From NCBI GenBank assembly GCA_903845115.1, contig CAIMWE010000123.1, positions 1,345 to 65,344 of the forward strand: a stretch of DNA of 64,000 nucleotides, written 5' to 3'. The notes under the pieces are model-generated. The model was not told where the DNA came from. It searched no databases and saw nothing but the letters and a program-made list of their open reading frames with translations. Shown here in pieces: positions 1 to 10,697 of the stretch (positions within the stretch are counted from its first letter, which is position 1; every line of letters starts with the position of its first letter). The translations under genes were made by a program, and so were the position numbers. This DNA comes from an uncultured Acidobacteriota bacterium. GTDB taxonomy: Bacteria > Acidobacteriota > Thermoanaerobaculia > UBA5066.

Positions 1-732
1 TCGGGAACCGGGGTGGTCGAGCCGGCGAGCCGCGCCCCGGCGAGCAGGCCTTCCCCGCGGCCGTGGGTCGGGGTGACGCCGGTGAGGCACTCGTAGAGGA
101 TCGCGGCGGCGGAGAAGATGTCGCCCGCCACGCTGGGCTGGCCGGTCGCCACGACCTCGGGGGCGAGGTACGCGGCGAAGGCCTCGCGCGCCCTCGCCTT
201 CTGGAGGGAGGCCAGGAGCCCTCTCCCCAGGCCCGCCCCGTAGACGCGGGCCTCGCCCTCGTACGAGAGCGTGACGAACGCCGGGACGAGGAACCCGTGA
301 GGGGCGCCGGTCGGGACCGTGAGGATCTGGGTGGCCTCGAGCGAGACCAGGATCTTCTGCGCGACGAGGAGCCCGTACTCGGGCGGCACCTGGGTCCGCT
401 CGGAGCCGTGCCGGCCCAGGAGCCGGTCGAGCGGCTGCCCGGCGATGTAGTCGATCCCCGCGAACGGGACGTCGTCCACGATCCCCAGGACCGCCCCGCG
501 GGCGACCGCCTGGCCCCGGATGTCGTCGAGGTACTCGACGGCGGTCTCCATCGCCGGGATCAAGGCGGCGGTGTCGACCGCGTCGCCGTCGAACGTCCGG
601 ATCAGGAGGTACGGCGCGAGCTTCCGGCCGGCAGCCGTTCCCGCGAGGAAGGTCCCGCCGATGGGGTCCGAGCCGAACAGGCGGGTGAGGACGTAGGGAC
701 CGAACATCCTGGGCACGGACTGGTCGTCCATC
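1..732 (-). CDS. Ser/Thr protein-kinase-like (probable pseudokinase) domain protein; N-terminal 244 aa only, continues past the window start
   Basis: Reverse-strand translation from ATG at 732 is open to position 1. It begins MDDQSVPRMFGPYVLTRLFG... and contains YLAPEV...GDIFSAAAILYECLTG (APE and helix-F-like kinase motifs). No clear HRD or VAIK motif. Not in the ORF track because it runs off the edge. Confidence 0.45.
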
Positions 733-782
733 TATTCTTCTCCGCTGCTCCGGGGTCGCCCGACCTGCTGAATCCGGCCAGT

Positions 783-1868
783 CTACCTCGCGGTTTCCCG
801 GGCCAGCGGCTTCCTGGGCGCCCGCTGGGATTGACGGTAGCGGGCGACGTTCCGCTGCTGCCCCTCGTAGGTCTCCGAGAAGAAGTGGGAGCCGTCTCCC
901 CTGGCCACGAAATAGAGGGCCCGGCTCGCCGTGGGAGCCACCGCGGCGCGGAGCGAGGCGAGGGAGGGAGAGCAGATCGGGCCGGGAGGGAGACCTCCGT
1001 GCGCGTAGGTGTTGTAGGGATCGCTGACCGCCAGGTCGGCCCGGGTCAGGGGGCCGTGCCACCCTCCTCTTCGACGGAGCGCGTAGATGGTCGTCGGGTC
1101 GCACTGGAGCGGCATCCCGATCCGGAGGCGGTTGTGGTAGACGGCGGAGACGAGGGGCCGCTCGTCCGGAACAGAGGTCTCCTTCTCGATCATCGACGCG
1201 AGGGTGACCGCCCCGAGGACGCTCAGCCCCGCCTTCCCAGCGTCGCCGGAGAAGCCGGCCGGGAGCCGGAGCCGGAACTCCCTCGTCAGCTGCTCGACCA
1301 CCTCTCGGGCGGAACGCGGCCGCGTGAGGGCGTAGGTCTCCGGGAAGAGGAACCCCTCGAGCGTCGGCGCCCCTTCCGGGACCGCGCCGAGCTCGCGGGG
1401 CGAGGTGAACAGGCGCCGGTACTCCTCCGCGGTGCCGAAGCCCCTCGCCTCCAGGATGGCGAAGATCTCCTCGGCTGCGAGCCCCTCGGGGATCGTCACC
1501 TTCCAGCGAACGACGTCGCCGGCCACGATCGGACGGAGGAGCTCGACCGGAGAGAGCTCCCCGGTGAACCGGTATTCGCCGGCCTTCAGGGTCTTTCCCC
1601 GGAAGTAGACCTTCAGGGCGACCGAGCCGAGCCGGCGGTCGCGGAGGAGGCCCCCTTCCTCGAGGGCCGAGAGGATCGACTGGGTGCTGGAGCGGGCCGG
1701 GATCTCCACGAGGACGGACCGGTCGGGGCCCCGCCGCCAGGGGGTCTCGAGGAGCCTCCCGACGGCGGCCGCAGCGGCGAGGACCAGGGCCGCCGCCAGG
1801 ACCAGCCCGATCCCGAGCAGGGCCGCCGCCCGGTGTCTCGGCGGCCGCCCCGGCCGGTGGCTCCTCAT
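783..1868 (-). CDS. mltG: Endolytic murein transglycosylase MltG (YceG family)
   Basis: N-terminal TM segment followed by a YceG-like domain (LKVYFRGKTLKAGEYRF..., PEGLAAEEI, ETYALTRPRS, LVSAVYHNRLRIGMPLQCDPT). Start picked at the internal Met (MRSHRP...) overlapping the ruvX stop as ATGA. Confidence 0.8.
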   Translation of the reverse strand: MRSHRPGRPPRHRAAALLGIGLVLAAALVLAAAAAVGRLLETPWRRGPDRSVLVEIPARSSTQSILSALEEGGLLRDRRLGSVALKVYFRGKTLKAGEYRFTGELSPVELLRPIVAGDVVRWKVTIPEGLAAEEIFAILEARGFGTAEEYRRLFTSPRELGAVPEGAPTLEGFLFPETYALTRPRSAREVVEQLTREFRLRLPAGFSGDAGKAGLSVLGAVTLASMIEKETSVPDERPLVSAVYHNRLRIGMPLQCDPTTIYALRRRGGWHGPLTRADLAVSDPYNTYAHGGLPPGPICSPSLASLRAAVAPTASRALYFVARGDGSHFFSETYEGQQRNVARYRQSQRAPRKPLARETAR

Positions 1869-2290
1869 CGGTCCCGGATTTCCGTGCGGCTCGCGAGGTA
1901 GTCGCGGAGGATGACGGCGGCGGCCTCGGCATCGCGGGCCCCCTCCCTCCGTCGGGCCGGAACGCCGGCCTCCCTCAGGTTCTCCTCGGCGGCGACCGTC
2001 GTCAGCCCCTCGCCGTGCAGGTCCACCGGGAGGCCCGACACCTCGCCGAGACGCCGGGCGAAGAGCCGGGTCCTCGTTCCGCTGGGCCCCTCCGACCCGT
2101 CGGGCCGGACCGGATGCCCGACCACGATCCGCCCGACCTCCCGGTCGCGGGCGGCCTCCGCGATCGCGGAGGCCACCTGGGCGTCGTTCTTCCGGAAGAG
2201 GGCCCCGACGGGGACGACGAGGCTGCCCGTCTCGTCGGAGACGGCCAGCCCAACCCGTTTCTCGCCGAAGTCGACCGCCAGGACGCGCAA
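1865..2290 (-). CDS. ruvX: Holliday junction resolvase-like RuvX/YqgF
   Basis: 141 aa beginning MRVLAVDFGEKRVGLAVSD... with the conserved RNase H-like YqgF motifs. Translationally coupled to mltG. Confidence 0.85.
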   Translation of the reverse strand: MRVLAVDFGEKRVGLAVSDETGSLVVPVGALFRKNDAQVASAIAEAARDREVGRIVVGHPVRPDGSEGPSGTRTRLFARRLGEVSGLPVDLHGEGLTTVAAEENLREAGVPARRREGARDAEAAAVILRDYLASRTEIRDR

Positions 2291-2422
2291 CGGGGGCGAG
2301 GATAGGGGTGCCGGGCGCCCGGCGCAAACGAGGATGAAAAGAGGGCCGTCCCTGCGGTTAGAATCCGATCCGCCCGAGGGCCGGGCTCATCGAACCGGCT
2401 CGAACAGGGGGAGTTTGACGAA

Positions 2423-3607
2423 ATGCAAGACGTCCTGATTCTCTCCGCCGCGCGGACTCCGATCGGGAGCTTTCTCGGCTCCCTTTCCTCTCTCTCGGCC
2501 CCCGCGCTCGGCGCCACCGCGCTGAAGTCGGCGCTGGAGCGCGGGGAGACGCCCCCGCACAAGGTCGACCAGGTCATCCTGGGCAACGTCCTCCAGGCCG
2601 GGATCGGCCAGGCCCCGGCCCGGCAGGCGACCCTCGGGGCCGGCCTGCCGAAGGCCACGGGCGCGGTCACCGTCCACAAGGTCTGCGGCTCGGGAATGCG
2701 GGCGGTCATGGACGCCGCCAACGCCATCCGGACCGGCGAGTACTCGGTCGTCCTCGCGGGCGGAATGGAGTCGATGTCCAACGCTCCGTACCTCCTCGCG
2801 AAGGGGCGGACCGGCCTCCGGATGGGGCACGGCCAGCTCCTCGACTCGATGATCTCGGACGGCCTCTGGGACCCCTACAAGAATGTCCACATGGGGGTCT
2901 GCGCCGAGACCTGCGCCGCCAAGTACTCCTTCACCCGCGAGGCGCAGGACGCCTTCGCCTACGAGAGCTACCAGCGCGCCCGGCGGGCGAACGATGCGGG
3001 CGACTTCCGCGCCGAGATGGCCCCGGTGACGATCGAGGGGAAGAAGGGCTCGGTCACGATCGAGAAGGACGAGGAGCCGTTCGCCACGCCCGAGGACAAG
3101 CTCCAGAAGATGGGGAGCCTCCGGCCGGCCTTCCAGAAGGACGGGACGGTGACCGCCGCGAACGCGTCGAAGATCAACGACGGCGCCGCGGCGCTCCTCC
3201 TGGCGGGGACGGCTGCGGCTCAGGAGCTGCCGGCCAAGCCGATCGCCCGCCTCGTCGCGCAGGCGTCGCACGCCCAGGAGCCGGAGTGGTTCACCACGGC
3301 GCCGGCGTTCGCCGCCAGGAAGGCGCTCGAGAGGGCCGGGCTGACCCTCCCGCAGATCGACCTGTTCGAGGTGAACGAGGCCTTCGCCGTCGTGGCGATG
3401 GCGTTCATCCGGGACCTCGAGATCGACCCGAACAAGGTCAACGTGAACGGGGGCGCCGTGGCCCTCGGCCACCCGATCGGGTCATCCGGCGCGCGCATCG
3501 TCACGACGCTGATCCACGCGCTCCGCGCCCGGAAGAAACGCTACGGCCTGGCGGCCATCTGCATCGGCGGCGGGGAGGCGACGGCCGTGGTCGTCGAAGC
3601 GCTGTGA
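2423..3607 (+). CDS. Acetyl-CoA C-acetyltransferase (thiolase)
   Basis: 394 aa with N-terminal [26 protein letters not shown] (active-site Cys) and a C-terminal [11 protein letters not shown] thiolase signature. Confidence 0.9.
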   Translation: MQDVLILSAARTPIGSFLGSLSSLSAPALGATALKSALERGETPPHKVDQVILGNVLQAGIGQAPARQATLGAGLPKATGAVTVHKVCGSGMRAVMDAANAIRTGEYSVVLAGGMESMSNAPYLLAKGRTGLRMGHGQLLDSMISDGLWDPYKNVHMGVCAETCAAKYSFTREAQDAFAYESYQRARRANDAGDFRAEMAPVTIEGKKGSVTIEKDEEPFATPEDKLQKMGSLRPAFQKDGTVTAANASKINDGAAALLLAGTAAAQELPAKPIARLVAQASHAQEPEWFTTAPAFAARKALERAGLTLPQIDLFEVNEAFAVVAMAFIRDLEIDPNKVNVNGGAVALGHPIGSSGARIVTTLIHALRARKKRYGLAAICIGGGEATAVVVEAL

Positions 3608-4317
3608 TCGACAAGGTCGTCAAGGGGGCCACGCCGAAGGAGGCCGCCGCGAAGGCGGTGGCCGACATCCCGTCGGGCGCCACCCTCGTCGTCGGCGGTT
3701 TCGGCCTCTGCGGGATCCCGGAGAACCTCATCGGGGCGCTCTCGGAGCGGCCCGTGAAGGACCTGACCTGCGTCTCGAACAACTGCGGCGTCGACAACTG
3801 GGGCCTCGGGGTCCTTCTCGGCAAGAAGATGCTCCGGAAGATGCTCTCGTCGTACGTCGGCGAGAACGCCGAGTTCGAGAGGCAGTACCTCTCCGGCGAG
3901 CTGGAGCTGGAGTTCTGCCCGCAGGGGACGCTGGCGGAGCGGATGCGGGCCGGCGGCGCGGGAATCGCCGGTTTCTACACGCCGACCGGAGCCGGGACGC
4001 TGGTGGCGGAGGGGAAGGAGACGAAGGTGTTCGACGGGCGGGAATACGTCCTGGAGCGCGGCATCGTCGGCGACTACGCCCTCGTCGCGGCCTGGAAGGC
4101 CGATCGCTTCGGGAACCTCGTCTACCGGAAGACCGCGAAGAACTTCAACCCGATGGCCGCCACCGCCGGGAAGGTCACGATCGCCGAGGTGGAGGTGCTG
4201 GTGGAAGCCGGCGAGCTGGACCCAGACGAGATCGACACGCCGGGCGTCTACGTCCAGCGGGTCGTCGTGGCTCCCCGCGAGAAGCGGATCGAGCGCCGCA
4301 CCGTGAGGAAGGGGTAA
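3604..4317 (+). CDS. 3-oxoacid CoA-transferase subunit A
   Basis: GTG start overlapping the thiolase stop (GTGA). Motifs [14 protein letters not shown]..., [13 protein letters not shown] and the glutaconate/3-oxoacid CoA-transferase alpha fold. Confidence 0.85.
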   Translation: MIDKVVKGATPKEAAAKAVADIPSGATLVVGGFGLCGIPENLIGALSERPVKDLTCVSNNCGVDNWGLGVLLGKKMLRKMLSSYVGENAEFERQYLSGELELEFCPQGTLAERMRAGGAGIAGFYTPTGAGTLVAEGKETKVFDGREYVLERGIVGDYALVAAWKADRFGNLVYRKTAKNFNPMAATAGKVTIAEVEVLVEAGELDPDEIDTPGVYVQRVVVAPREKRIERRTVRKG

Positions 4318-4320
4318 GCC

Positions 4321-4983
4321 ATGCCGAAGCTGGATCGCGACGGGATCGTCAGGCGCGCGGCGAAGGAGCTGCGCGACGGCATGTACGTCAACCTCGGCAT
4401 CGGGATGCCGACGCTGGTCCCCAACTGGATCCCCGCCGGGATGGAGGTGGTCCTCCAGTCCGAGAACGGGATCCTGGGGATGGGGCCCTTCCCGCTCGAC
4501 GCGGACGTGGACCCCGACCTGATCAACGCCGGGAAGGAGACCGTCACGGTCGTCCCGGGGGCGTCGTTCTTCTCGTCGGCCGACTCCTTCGCGATGATCC
4601 GGGGCGGGCACATCGACCTCTGCATCCTCGGCGCGATGCAGGTCGACGCCGACGGGTCGATCGCGAACTGGATGATCCCCGGGAAGCTCGTGAAGGGGAT
4701 GGGCGGCGCGATGGACCTCGTGGCTGCGGCGCGGCGCGTGATCGTCACGATGGAGCACGTGGCGAGGAACGGCGAGAAGAAGATCCTGAACAAGTGCAAC
4801 CTGCCGCTCACCGGCCTCAGCTGCATCCACCGGATCATCACCGACATGGCCGTCCTGGACGTGAAGCCGGGCGGTGGACTGAGGCTGGTGGAACGGGCCC
4901 CGGGGGTCTCGGTCGCGGAGATCGTGGCCGCGACCGAGCCGCCGCTCGACGTGGCCGGGGACGTGCCGGAGATGCCAGCCTGA
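4321..4983 (+). CDS. 3-oxoacid CoA-transferase subunit B
   Basis: 220 aa with [31 protein letters not shown]...SENG, the CoA-transferase beta signature. Follows subunit A by 3 nt. Confidence 0.85.
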   Translation: MPKLDRDGIVRRAAKELRDGMYVNLGIGMPTLVPNWIPAGMEVVLQSENGILGMGPFPLDADVDPDLINAGKETVTVVPGASFFSSADSFAMIRGGHIDLCILGAMQVDADGSIANWMIPGKLVKGMGGAMDLVAAARRVIVTMEHVARNGEKKILNKCNLPLTGLSCIHRIITDMAVLDVKPGGGLRLVERAPGVSVAEIVAATEPPLDVAGDVPEMPA

Positions 4984-5026
4984 CCGCCGGCCCGGCGGCA
5001 CCCTTCTTGCGCGGGCCCCTCTTCGC

Positions 5027-7303
5027 GTGGTGATCGACTCCGAAAGAGGCCGTTCCGCCAGATTTTCCTTTCTCTTCCTCCTCTCGGCAGCCCTGGCCGG
5101 GGCGCTTCCGGCGTCGGCGCAGTCGTCGTTCGAGAGCGACCCGTTCGGCGCCCGCTTCCGGGAACGGTCCTCGTTCGACCTGAAGTTCCGCCTCCCCGAG
5201 AAGGGAGGGTCGGTCAAGGTCACGGTTCCCGAGGGAGAGGGGGGAAGGCAGACCCTGGTCTCGGAGAACGTCTGGGACGCCGAGGCGCCGCCGGGGAAGT
5301 TCGTCACGGTCGAGTACCAGGACATCAAGCTGAGAGCGCGGAAGATCCACGCCGACTACGGTCGGTACGTGGTGATCGCCGAGGGAGACGTCGAGTTCGA
5401 GCAGGGGGCGACCCGGATGCGGGGGAGCCGCCTCGACCTCGACCTGAACGACAAGACCGGCGTCGTGACCGACGGGGACGTCGAGATGGAAGGGGGACTC
5501 CACCTCCGGGGCGACATGCTCGCCAAGGTGGGGCCCCGGTCGTTCACGATGAGCGGCGCGACGCTGACCTCCTGCGACGGGGACAAGCCGGCCTGGCAGT
5601 TCGACTTCTCGTCGGGCCGGGCGACCCTGGAGGAGTACGCGTACCTCTCTCACGTCGTCTTCCGCCTCGGGGGAATCCCGCTCCTGTACACCCCGTACAT
5701 CCTCTGGCCCGCGATGCAGAACCGGACGTCGGGGTTCCTGATCCCGGCCATCGGCTACAGCAGCCAGCGGGGCGGATTCCTCGGCCTCGCCTACTTCTTC
5801 GCGCTGGGGCGGTCGGCCGACGCCACGCTGACCACGGAGAACTACACGAACGGGACCTTCGGCCTCGGGGCCGAGTTCCGGGCGAAGCCGTCGAAGGGGA
5901 CCACCTTCGAGGGAACGTACTTCAGGGTGAACGCGAATGACTCCAACCCCGACCTGGCAGGCTGGGGCTGGAACACGAGGGGGAAGCTCGTCTCGAGCGA
6001 CCTCGCCCCGAACGTCCGCGCCGTCGTCTCGTGGCTCGATTTTTCCAGCCTCGACTTCTTCCAGAACTACTCGCGGGACTTCACCCTCAGCTCCACCCGC
6101 AGCATCAAGTCGGAGGCGTTCGTGACGTGGAGCGTCGACCCCGTCTCGCTCAATTTCCGGCTCGACCACGAGCGGACGATCTTCGACTCGACCGGCGCGT
6201 ACGACGTCGTGACCGAGCGGATGCCCGTGCTGGAGATGCGCCTCCGGCCGACTCCCCTCCTGGGGCAGAACGTCTTCGTGGAGCTGAGCGGCCAGGCCGG
6301 ACAGCTCCACCTGGACCGCGGGCTGGGGCAGCCCGTCGGCACGTACGGCCGTTTCGACCTCTATCCCAAGGTCTCGGTCCCCCTCTCGCCGATCCCGTGG
6401 CTCTCGGTGCAGGCCGACGCCGGAGCGCGGGCCACCTGGTGGGGCAACTCGATCGACCCAGCGAACCCGTCCGCGTTCGACGGCGAGGCGTACACCCGCA
6501 GGCTCGCGCAGGTCGGGGTCCAGGTGACGGGGCCCTCGTTCTCCAGGATCTTCGAGACGACGCTGGGGCCGTTCACGAAGCTCAAGCACATCATCGAGCC
6601 CCGCATCGACTACCAGTACATGACCGACCCGCCCGACCTCGCCAGGGCTCCGCTCTTCGACGAGATCGACACCGTCAGCCCGGATCACTCGGTCAAGTAC
6701 GCGCTGGTCCAGCGGCTCCTCGGGAAGGGGAAGCAGGGGGGCTCGCGGGAGATCGCCTCGCTCGAGATCTCGAGGACGTACTACTTCCGGCTCCCCGACT
6801 ACGGGGCCGCCCCGGTCACCGGACTGACGAAGAGCTCGCCTGTCGACACCATCCTCCGCGTCAACCCCACCGCGAACTTCAACGTGGACGCGCGGGCGAC
6901 CTGGGACCCGATCGCCGCGCAGATCACCGCGGCCAGTCTCTCCGCGAACCTCAACGCGAAGGACAAGATGCTGTCGCTCTCCTACTTCGAGACCAACCCC
7001 ACCGCCGCGACCTGCACTCCCACGCCCGACGTCCCCTGCGTCTCCACTCAGATCCGGATCTTCGGGGGAATGCCGATCATCCCGAAGCGGCTCCGCCTCG
7101 ACCTCCAGACGAACTACGACCTCTCGCTCTCCAAGCTGCTCGAGTTCCGGACGCTCCTCACGCTGGAGGCCTCCTGCTACAAGATCCTCTTCGAGTACCG
7201 GGACCTGAGGCTCGGCACGACGGTCCCGTCCCGCGACATCCGGATCGGCCTGAACCTCAAGAACATCGGCAGCTTCCTCGACTTCCCGATCTCCCTCCCG
7301 TGA
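5027..7303 (+). CDS. lptD: LPS-assembly outer-membrane protein LptD (OstA family)
   Basis: 758 aa with an N-terminal signal peptide, an OstA N-terminal-like region (HADYGRYVVIAEGDVEFEQGATRMRGSRLDLDLN) and a long beta-barrel C-terminal region. Confidence 0.75.
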   Translation: MVIDSERGRSARFSFLFLLSAALAGALPASAQSSFESDPFGARFRERSSFDLKFRLPEKGGSVKVTVPEGEGGRQTLVSENVWDAEAPPGKFVTVEYQDIKLRARKIHADYGRYVVIAEGDVEFEQGATRMRGSRLDLDLNDKTGVVTDGDVEMEGGLHLRGDMLAKVGPRSFTMSGATLTSCDGDKPAWQFDFSSGRATLEEYAYLSHVVFRLGGIPLLYTPYILWPAMQNRTSGFLIPAIGYSSQRGGFLGLAYFFALGRSADATLTTENYTNGTFGLGAEFRAKPSKGTTFEGTYFRVNANDSNPDLAGWGWNTRGKLVSSDLAPNVRAVVSWLDFSSLDFFQNYSRDFTLSSTRSIKSEAFVTWSVDPVSLNFRLDHERTIFDSTGAYDVVTERMPVLEMRLRPTPLLGQNVFVELSGQAGQLHLDRGLGQPVGTYGRFDLYPKVSVPLSPIPWLSVQADAGARATWWGNSIDPANPSAFDGEAYTRRLAQVGVQVTGPSFSRIFETTLGPFTKLKHIIEPRIDYQYMTDPPDLARAPLFDEIDTVSPDHSVKYALVQRLLGKGKQGGSREIASLEISRTYYFRLPDYGAAPVTGLTKSSPVDTILRVNPTANFNVDARATWDPIAAQITAASLSANLNAKDKMLSLSYFETNPTAATCTPTPDVPCVSTQIRIFGGMPIIPKRLRLDLQTNYDLSLSKLLEFRTLLTLEASCYKILFEYRDLRLGTTVPSRDIRIGLNLKNIGSFLDFPISLP

Positions 7304-7358
7304 CGCCCGGAGCGCGGCGCCTCTCGCCCGTTCCGGGGGCTGCTAAACTCCGCCCCTC

Positions 7359-8444
7359 GTGAAGGGACTCATTCTCTCCGGCGGGAAGGGCACGCGCCTC
7401 AGGCCGCTCACCTACACCTCCGCCAAGCAGCTCGTCCCGGTGGCGAACAAGCCGGTCCTCTTCTACGGCATCGAGTCGCTCGTGTCGGCCGGGATCCGGG
7501 AGATCGGCATCGTCGTGGGGGACACCCACGCCGAGATCGAGGCCGCGGTGGGCGACGGCTCGCGCTTCGGGGCGAGGGTCACCTACATTCCCCAGGACGC
7601 CCCGCGCGGGCTGGCGCACGCGGTCCTCATCGCCGAGCCGTTCCTCCGCGGATCGCGGTTCGTCATGTACCTCGGCGACAACCTCCTGCAGCGGGGGATC
7701 ACCGCCCTCGTCGAGGAGTACCTGCAGCTCGGAGTCGACTGCGAGATCCTGCTGACCCGGGTCCCGAACCCCTCCTCGTTCGGGGTGGCGGAGCTGGACG
7801 CGACGGGGCGCGTGGCGCGCCTCGTGGAGAAGCCGAAGGAGCCTCGGTCCGACCTCGCGCTGGTCGGCGTCTACCTCTTCAACGAGACCGTCTTCGACGC
7901 GGTGAAGGCGATCCAGCCTTCGCCCCGCGGGGAGCTGGAGATCACCGACGCGATCCAGTGGCTCGTCGACCACGGCCGGAGCGTCCACGCCCACCTCGTC
8001 TCGGGGTGGTGGAAGGACACCGGCAAGGCCGAGGACATGCTGGAGGCGAACCGGACCGTCCTGGACGGCCTGGAGGACCACCGCGGGACCGCCACGGTCG
8101 ACTCGTCGAGCCGCGTCGAGGGGAAGGTCGTCTTCGAGGGGCCGCCCGGATCGGTCGTCCTCGTCGACTCCGTCGTCCGGGGGCCCGCCGTGATCGGAGA
8201 AGGGAGCCGCATCGAGCGGAGCTTCGTCGGCCCGTACACCGCGATCGCGGCCGGCTGCCGGCTGAACCGCGTGGAGATCGAAAACTCGATCGTCTGGGAG
8301 GGGTCGACCCTCGAGGACGTCTCGCTCAGGATCTCGGACTCGCTGATCGGGCGCGGCGTCGTGATCCGGCGCGACCCGGAGCGCAAGCCGAAGGCCCACC
8401 GCTTCCTCGTGGGGGATGCCTCCGAGGTCGGCATCGGCGAGTGA
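7359..8444 (+). CDS. Glucose-1-phosphate thymidylyltransferase, long form with a C-terminal left-handed beta-helix
   Basis: MKGLILSGGKGTRLRPLTYTSAKQLVPVANKPVLFYGIE is the sugar-nucleotidyltransferase signature. The C-terminus has hexapeptide repeats. Confidence 0.8.
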   Translation: MKGLILSGGKGTRLRPLTYTSAKQLVPVANKPVLFYGIESLVSAGIREIGIVVGDTHAEIEAAVGDGSRFGARVTYIPQDAPRGLAHAVLIAEPFLRGSRFVMYLGDNLLQRGITALVEEYLQLGVDCEILLTRVPNPSSFGVAELDATGRVARLVEKPKEPRSDLALVGVYLFNETVFDAVKAIQPSPRGELEITDAIQWLVDHGRSVHAHLVSGWWKDTGKAEDMLEANRTVLDGLEDHRGTATVDSSSRVEGKVVFEGPPGSVVLVDSVVRGPAVIGEGSRIERSFVGPYTAIAAGCRLNRVEIENSIVWEGSTLEDVSLRISDSLIGRGVVIRRDPERKPKAHRFLVGDASEVGIGE

Positions 8445-9310
8445 GAGCGCTGATCCTGGGCTCCCGGGGGATGCTGGGGCGCGAGCTCGCGGCGGAGTTC
8501 CCGGGTGCGCTGGGTCTCGACCTTCCCGACCTCGACATCCGCGACGAGGCCGCGGTCCGCGCGGTGCTGGCCGCCGAGAGGCCCGCGCTCGTCCTGAACG
8601 CCGCCGCCGACACGCGGGTCGACCTCGCGGAGAGCGACGGGGCCCACCTGGCCGTGAACGACGCCGCGGTCGGGACCCTGGCCGCCGCCTGCCGCGACGG
8701 CGGAATCCCCCTCGCCCACGTCTCCACCGACTACGTCTTCTCGGGGCGCGGCACCCGGCCCTGGCGCGAGGACGACCCCGTCGACCCCGTGAACGCGTAC
8801 GGCCGGGGAAAGCTGGGGGGCGAGCGGCGGTTCCTGGAGTCGGGCGTGAAGGGGTTCGTCGTCCGGACGTCGTGGCTCTTCGGGAACCACGGTCCCAACT
8901 TCGTCGACGCCATCCTCAAACAGGCGGAGGCGGGGAAGAGCGAGCTGAACGTCGTGGCCGACCAGGAAGGCCGCCCGACCTACGCCCCCGATCTCGCCCG
9001 GGCGATCCGCCTCCTCTTCGAGAAAGAGGCGAGCGGCCTCTTCCACTTCGCGAACTCCGGGGTGACCACCTGGTACACCTTCGCCCGCGAGGCGCTCCGG
9101 CTCGCCCTATTCGAAGGGGTCGTCGTCCGCCCCTGCACGACGGCCGATTTCCCGCGTCCGGCGCGGCGCCCGGCGTACTCGGCCCTCGACACGTCTCTCT
9201 ACGAGCGGACGGTCGGCGAGCGGCCCCGCCCCTACGTCGAGGCGCTCGAGGCGTACGTGGCGGCCCGGGCGGCGAGGCTCTCCCGGATCGCGCCGACGAC
9301 CGCGGCCTGA
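8441..9310 (+). CDS. rfbD: dTDP-4-dehydrorhamnose reductase
   Basis: GTG start overlapping the upstream stop (GTGA). N-terminal ILGSRGMLG Rossmann motif, then STDYVFSG...Y..K, the RmlD pattern. Confidence 0.8.
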   Translation: MRALILGSRGMLGRELAAEFPGALGLDLPDLDIRDEAAVRAVLAAERPALVLNAAADTRVDLAESDGAHLAVNDAAVGTLAAACRDGGIPLAHVSTDYVFSGRGTRPWREDDPVDPVNAYGRGKLGGERRFLESGVKGFVVRTSWLFGNHGPNFVDAILKQAEAGKSELNVVADQEGRPTYAPDLARAIRLLFEKEASGLFHFANSGVTTWYTFAREALRLALFEGVVVRPCTTADFPRPARRPAYSALDTSLYERTVGERPRPYVEALEAYVAARAARLSRIAPTTAA

Positions 9311-9344
9311 CCAGGGCGCCTCGACGACGGCGCGGCAAGGGGGA

Positions 9345-10673
9345 ATGACGGTCGTGGGCGTGGAGGGACTCCGCAAGGCGGTTCACATCGGGATGGCAGG
9401 CTTCGCCTTCCTCCTCCCGGCCCTGGGCTGGAGAGGGGGCGCGGCCGCGGCGATCGTCGCCATCGCGTTCAACGGACTCGTCCTTCCCCGGGTCGCGGGC
9501 CGGTCGCTCTCCCGCGAGAGCGACGCGGGGCGGCGCGTCCCGGTCGGCATCGCCCTCTACCCGGTGACCGTCCTCGTCCTGATCCTCCTCTTCCGGGACC
9601 ACCTCGAGATCGCGGCGGCCGGGTGGGGGTTCCTCGCCTTCGGGGACGGGTTCGCCACCCTGGTGGGGCGGGCGGCAGGGGGCATCCCGCTCCCGTGGAA
9701 CGGCGCGAAGTCGATCGCCGGGACGGCGGCGTACCTCCTCTGGGGAGGCGCGGGGGCCACGCTCCTCTACCGTTTCGTCTCCGGCCGTCCCCTCCGGGTG
9801 GTCGAGGTAGCGGTGATCGCGTTCGCGGCCCTGGCCGGGGCGATGCTGGAATCGCTCCCCTCCGAGATCGACGACAACCTCCTGCCCCCCGTCGGCGGAG
9901 CCCTGGTGCTGGCGCTCGCGCTCGAGGCCTTTCACGCGGCCCGGTTCCCGCCGGAGTGGCCGGCGCAGCTCCTGACGGCGCTGGCGTGGAACACGGCGCT
10001 CCCGCTCCTGGCCGTGGCCCTCGGGGTCGTCCGGGTCTCGGGGGCGATCGCGGGAGGGATCTGCGGAGCCCTGATCCTGGCCTTCGGGGGCCTCGCCTCC
10101 TACGGACTCCTCTGGGCGTTCTTCGCGATCGGAACGGCCGCGACGAGGTTCGGAAGGAGGCGGAAGGAGGCGATCGGCAAGGCCGAGGGCTCCGGCGGGC
10201 GCCGCGGGGCGGCGAACGTCGCCGCGAACGTCGCCGTTCCCGCCCTCCTCGTCGTGGCCGGCGGCCTTTCGGGAGACCCTGGATTCGCGGCGACGTGCCG
10301 GATGGCGGCCGCGGGCGCGTTCGCCACCGCCGTGATGGACACGGTCGGGACGGAGGTGGGGCAGGTCGTGCAGGGGAAGACCTTCCTCCTGCCGGACTTC
10401 CGGCGGGTCCCTCCGGGCACGGACGGGGCGGTCTCCCTGGCGGGGACGGCCGCGGGCCTGCTCGCCGCGGGCGGGATCGCGATCCTCTTCGTCGTCCTGT
10501 TCCGCCTCCCGTGGAGCGCGGGCGTCGTGGTCGCCGCGGCCGCCTGCGCCGGCACGGTCGTCGAGAGCCTCCTGGGGCGGCACGGGGCGCCGTGGCGAGT
10601 CTCGAACGGACACGTCCTGAACCTCTACAACACGGCGGCCGGGGCGTCGGTCGCGTGGCTCCTGGCCGGCTAG
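9345..10673 (+). CDS. Polytopic membrane protein fusing a VTE5/dolichol-kinase-like CTP-transferase-type domain to a DUF92 (VTE6-like) domain
   Basis: N-terminal half has GDGFATLVGRAAGG...GAKSIAGTAAYLL, the CTP_transf_1/dolichol-kinase C-terminal motif. C-terminal half has the DUF92/TIGR00297-like pattern (RRGAANVAANVAVPALL...TAVMDTVGTEVGQ). Multiple predicted TM helices. Confidence 0.5.
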   Translation: MTVVGVEGLRKAVHIGMAGFAFLLPALGWRGGAAAAIVAIAFNGLVLPRVAGRSLSRESDAGRRVPVGIALYPVTVLVLILLFRDHLEIAAAGWGFLAFGDGFATLVGRAAGGIPLPWNGAKSIAGTAAYLLWGGAGATLLYRFVSGRPLRVVEVAVIAFAALAGAMLESLPSEIDDNLLPPVGGALVLALALEAFHAARFPPEWPAQLLTALAWNTALPLLAVALGVVRVSGAIAGGICGALILAFGGLASYGLLWAFFAIGTAATRFGRRRKEAIGKAEGSGGRRGAANVAANVAVPALLVVAGGLSGDPGFAATCRMAAAGAFATAVMDTVGTEVGQVVQGKTFLLPDFRRVPPGTDGAVSLAGTAAGLLAAGGIAILFVVLFRLPWSAGVVVAAAACAGTVVESLLGRHGAPWRVSNGHVLNLYNTAAGASVAWLLAG

Positions 10674-10697
10674 GCTGGTGAGGCGAGAATCGGAGAG

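Noticed and set aside
63-1901. 612-aa plus-strand ORF
   Set aside because: It lies antisense to the well-supported mltG and to the edge pseudokinase ORF. It is an Arg/Gly/Asp-rich low-complexity translation typical of spurious long ORFs in 70% GC DNA.
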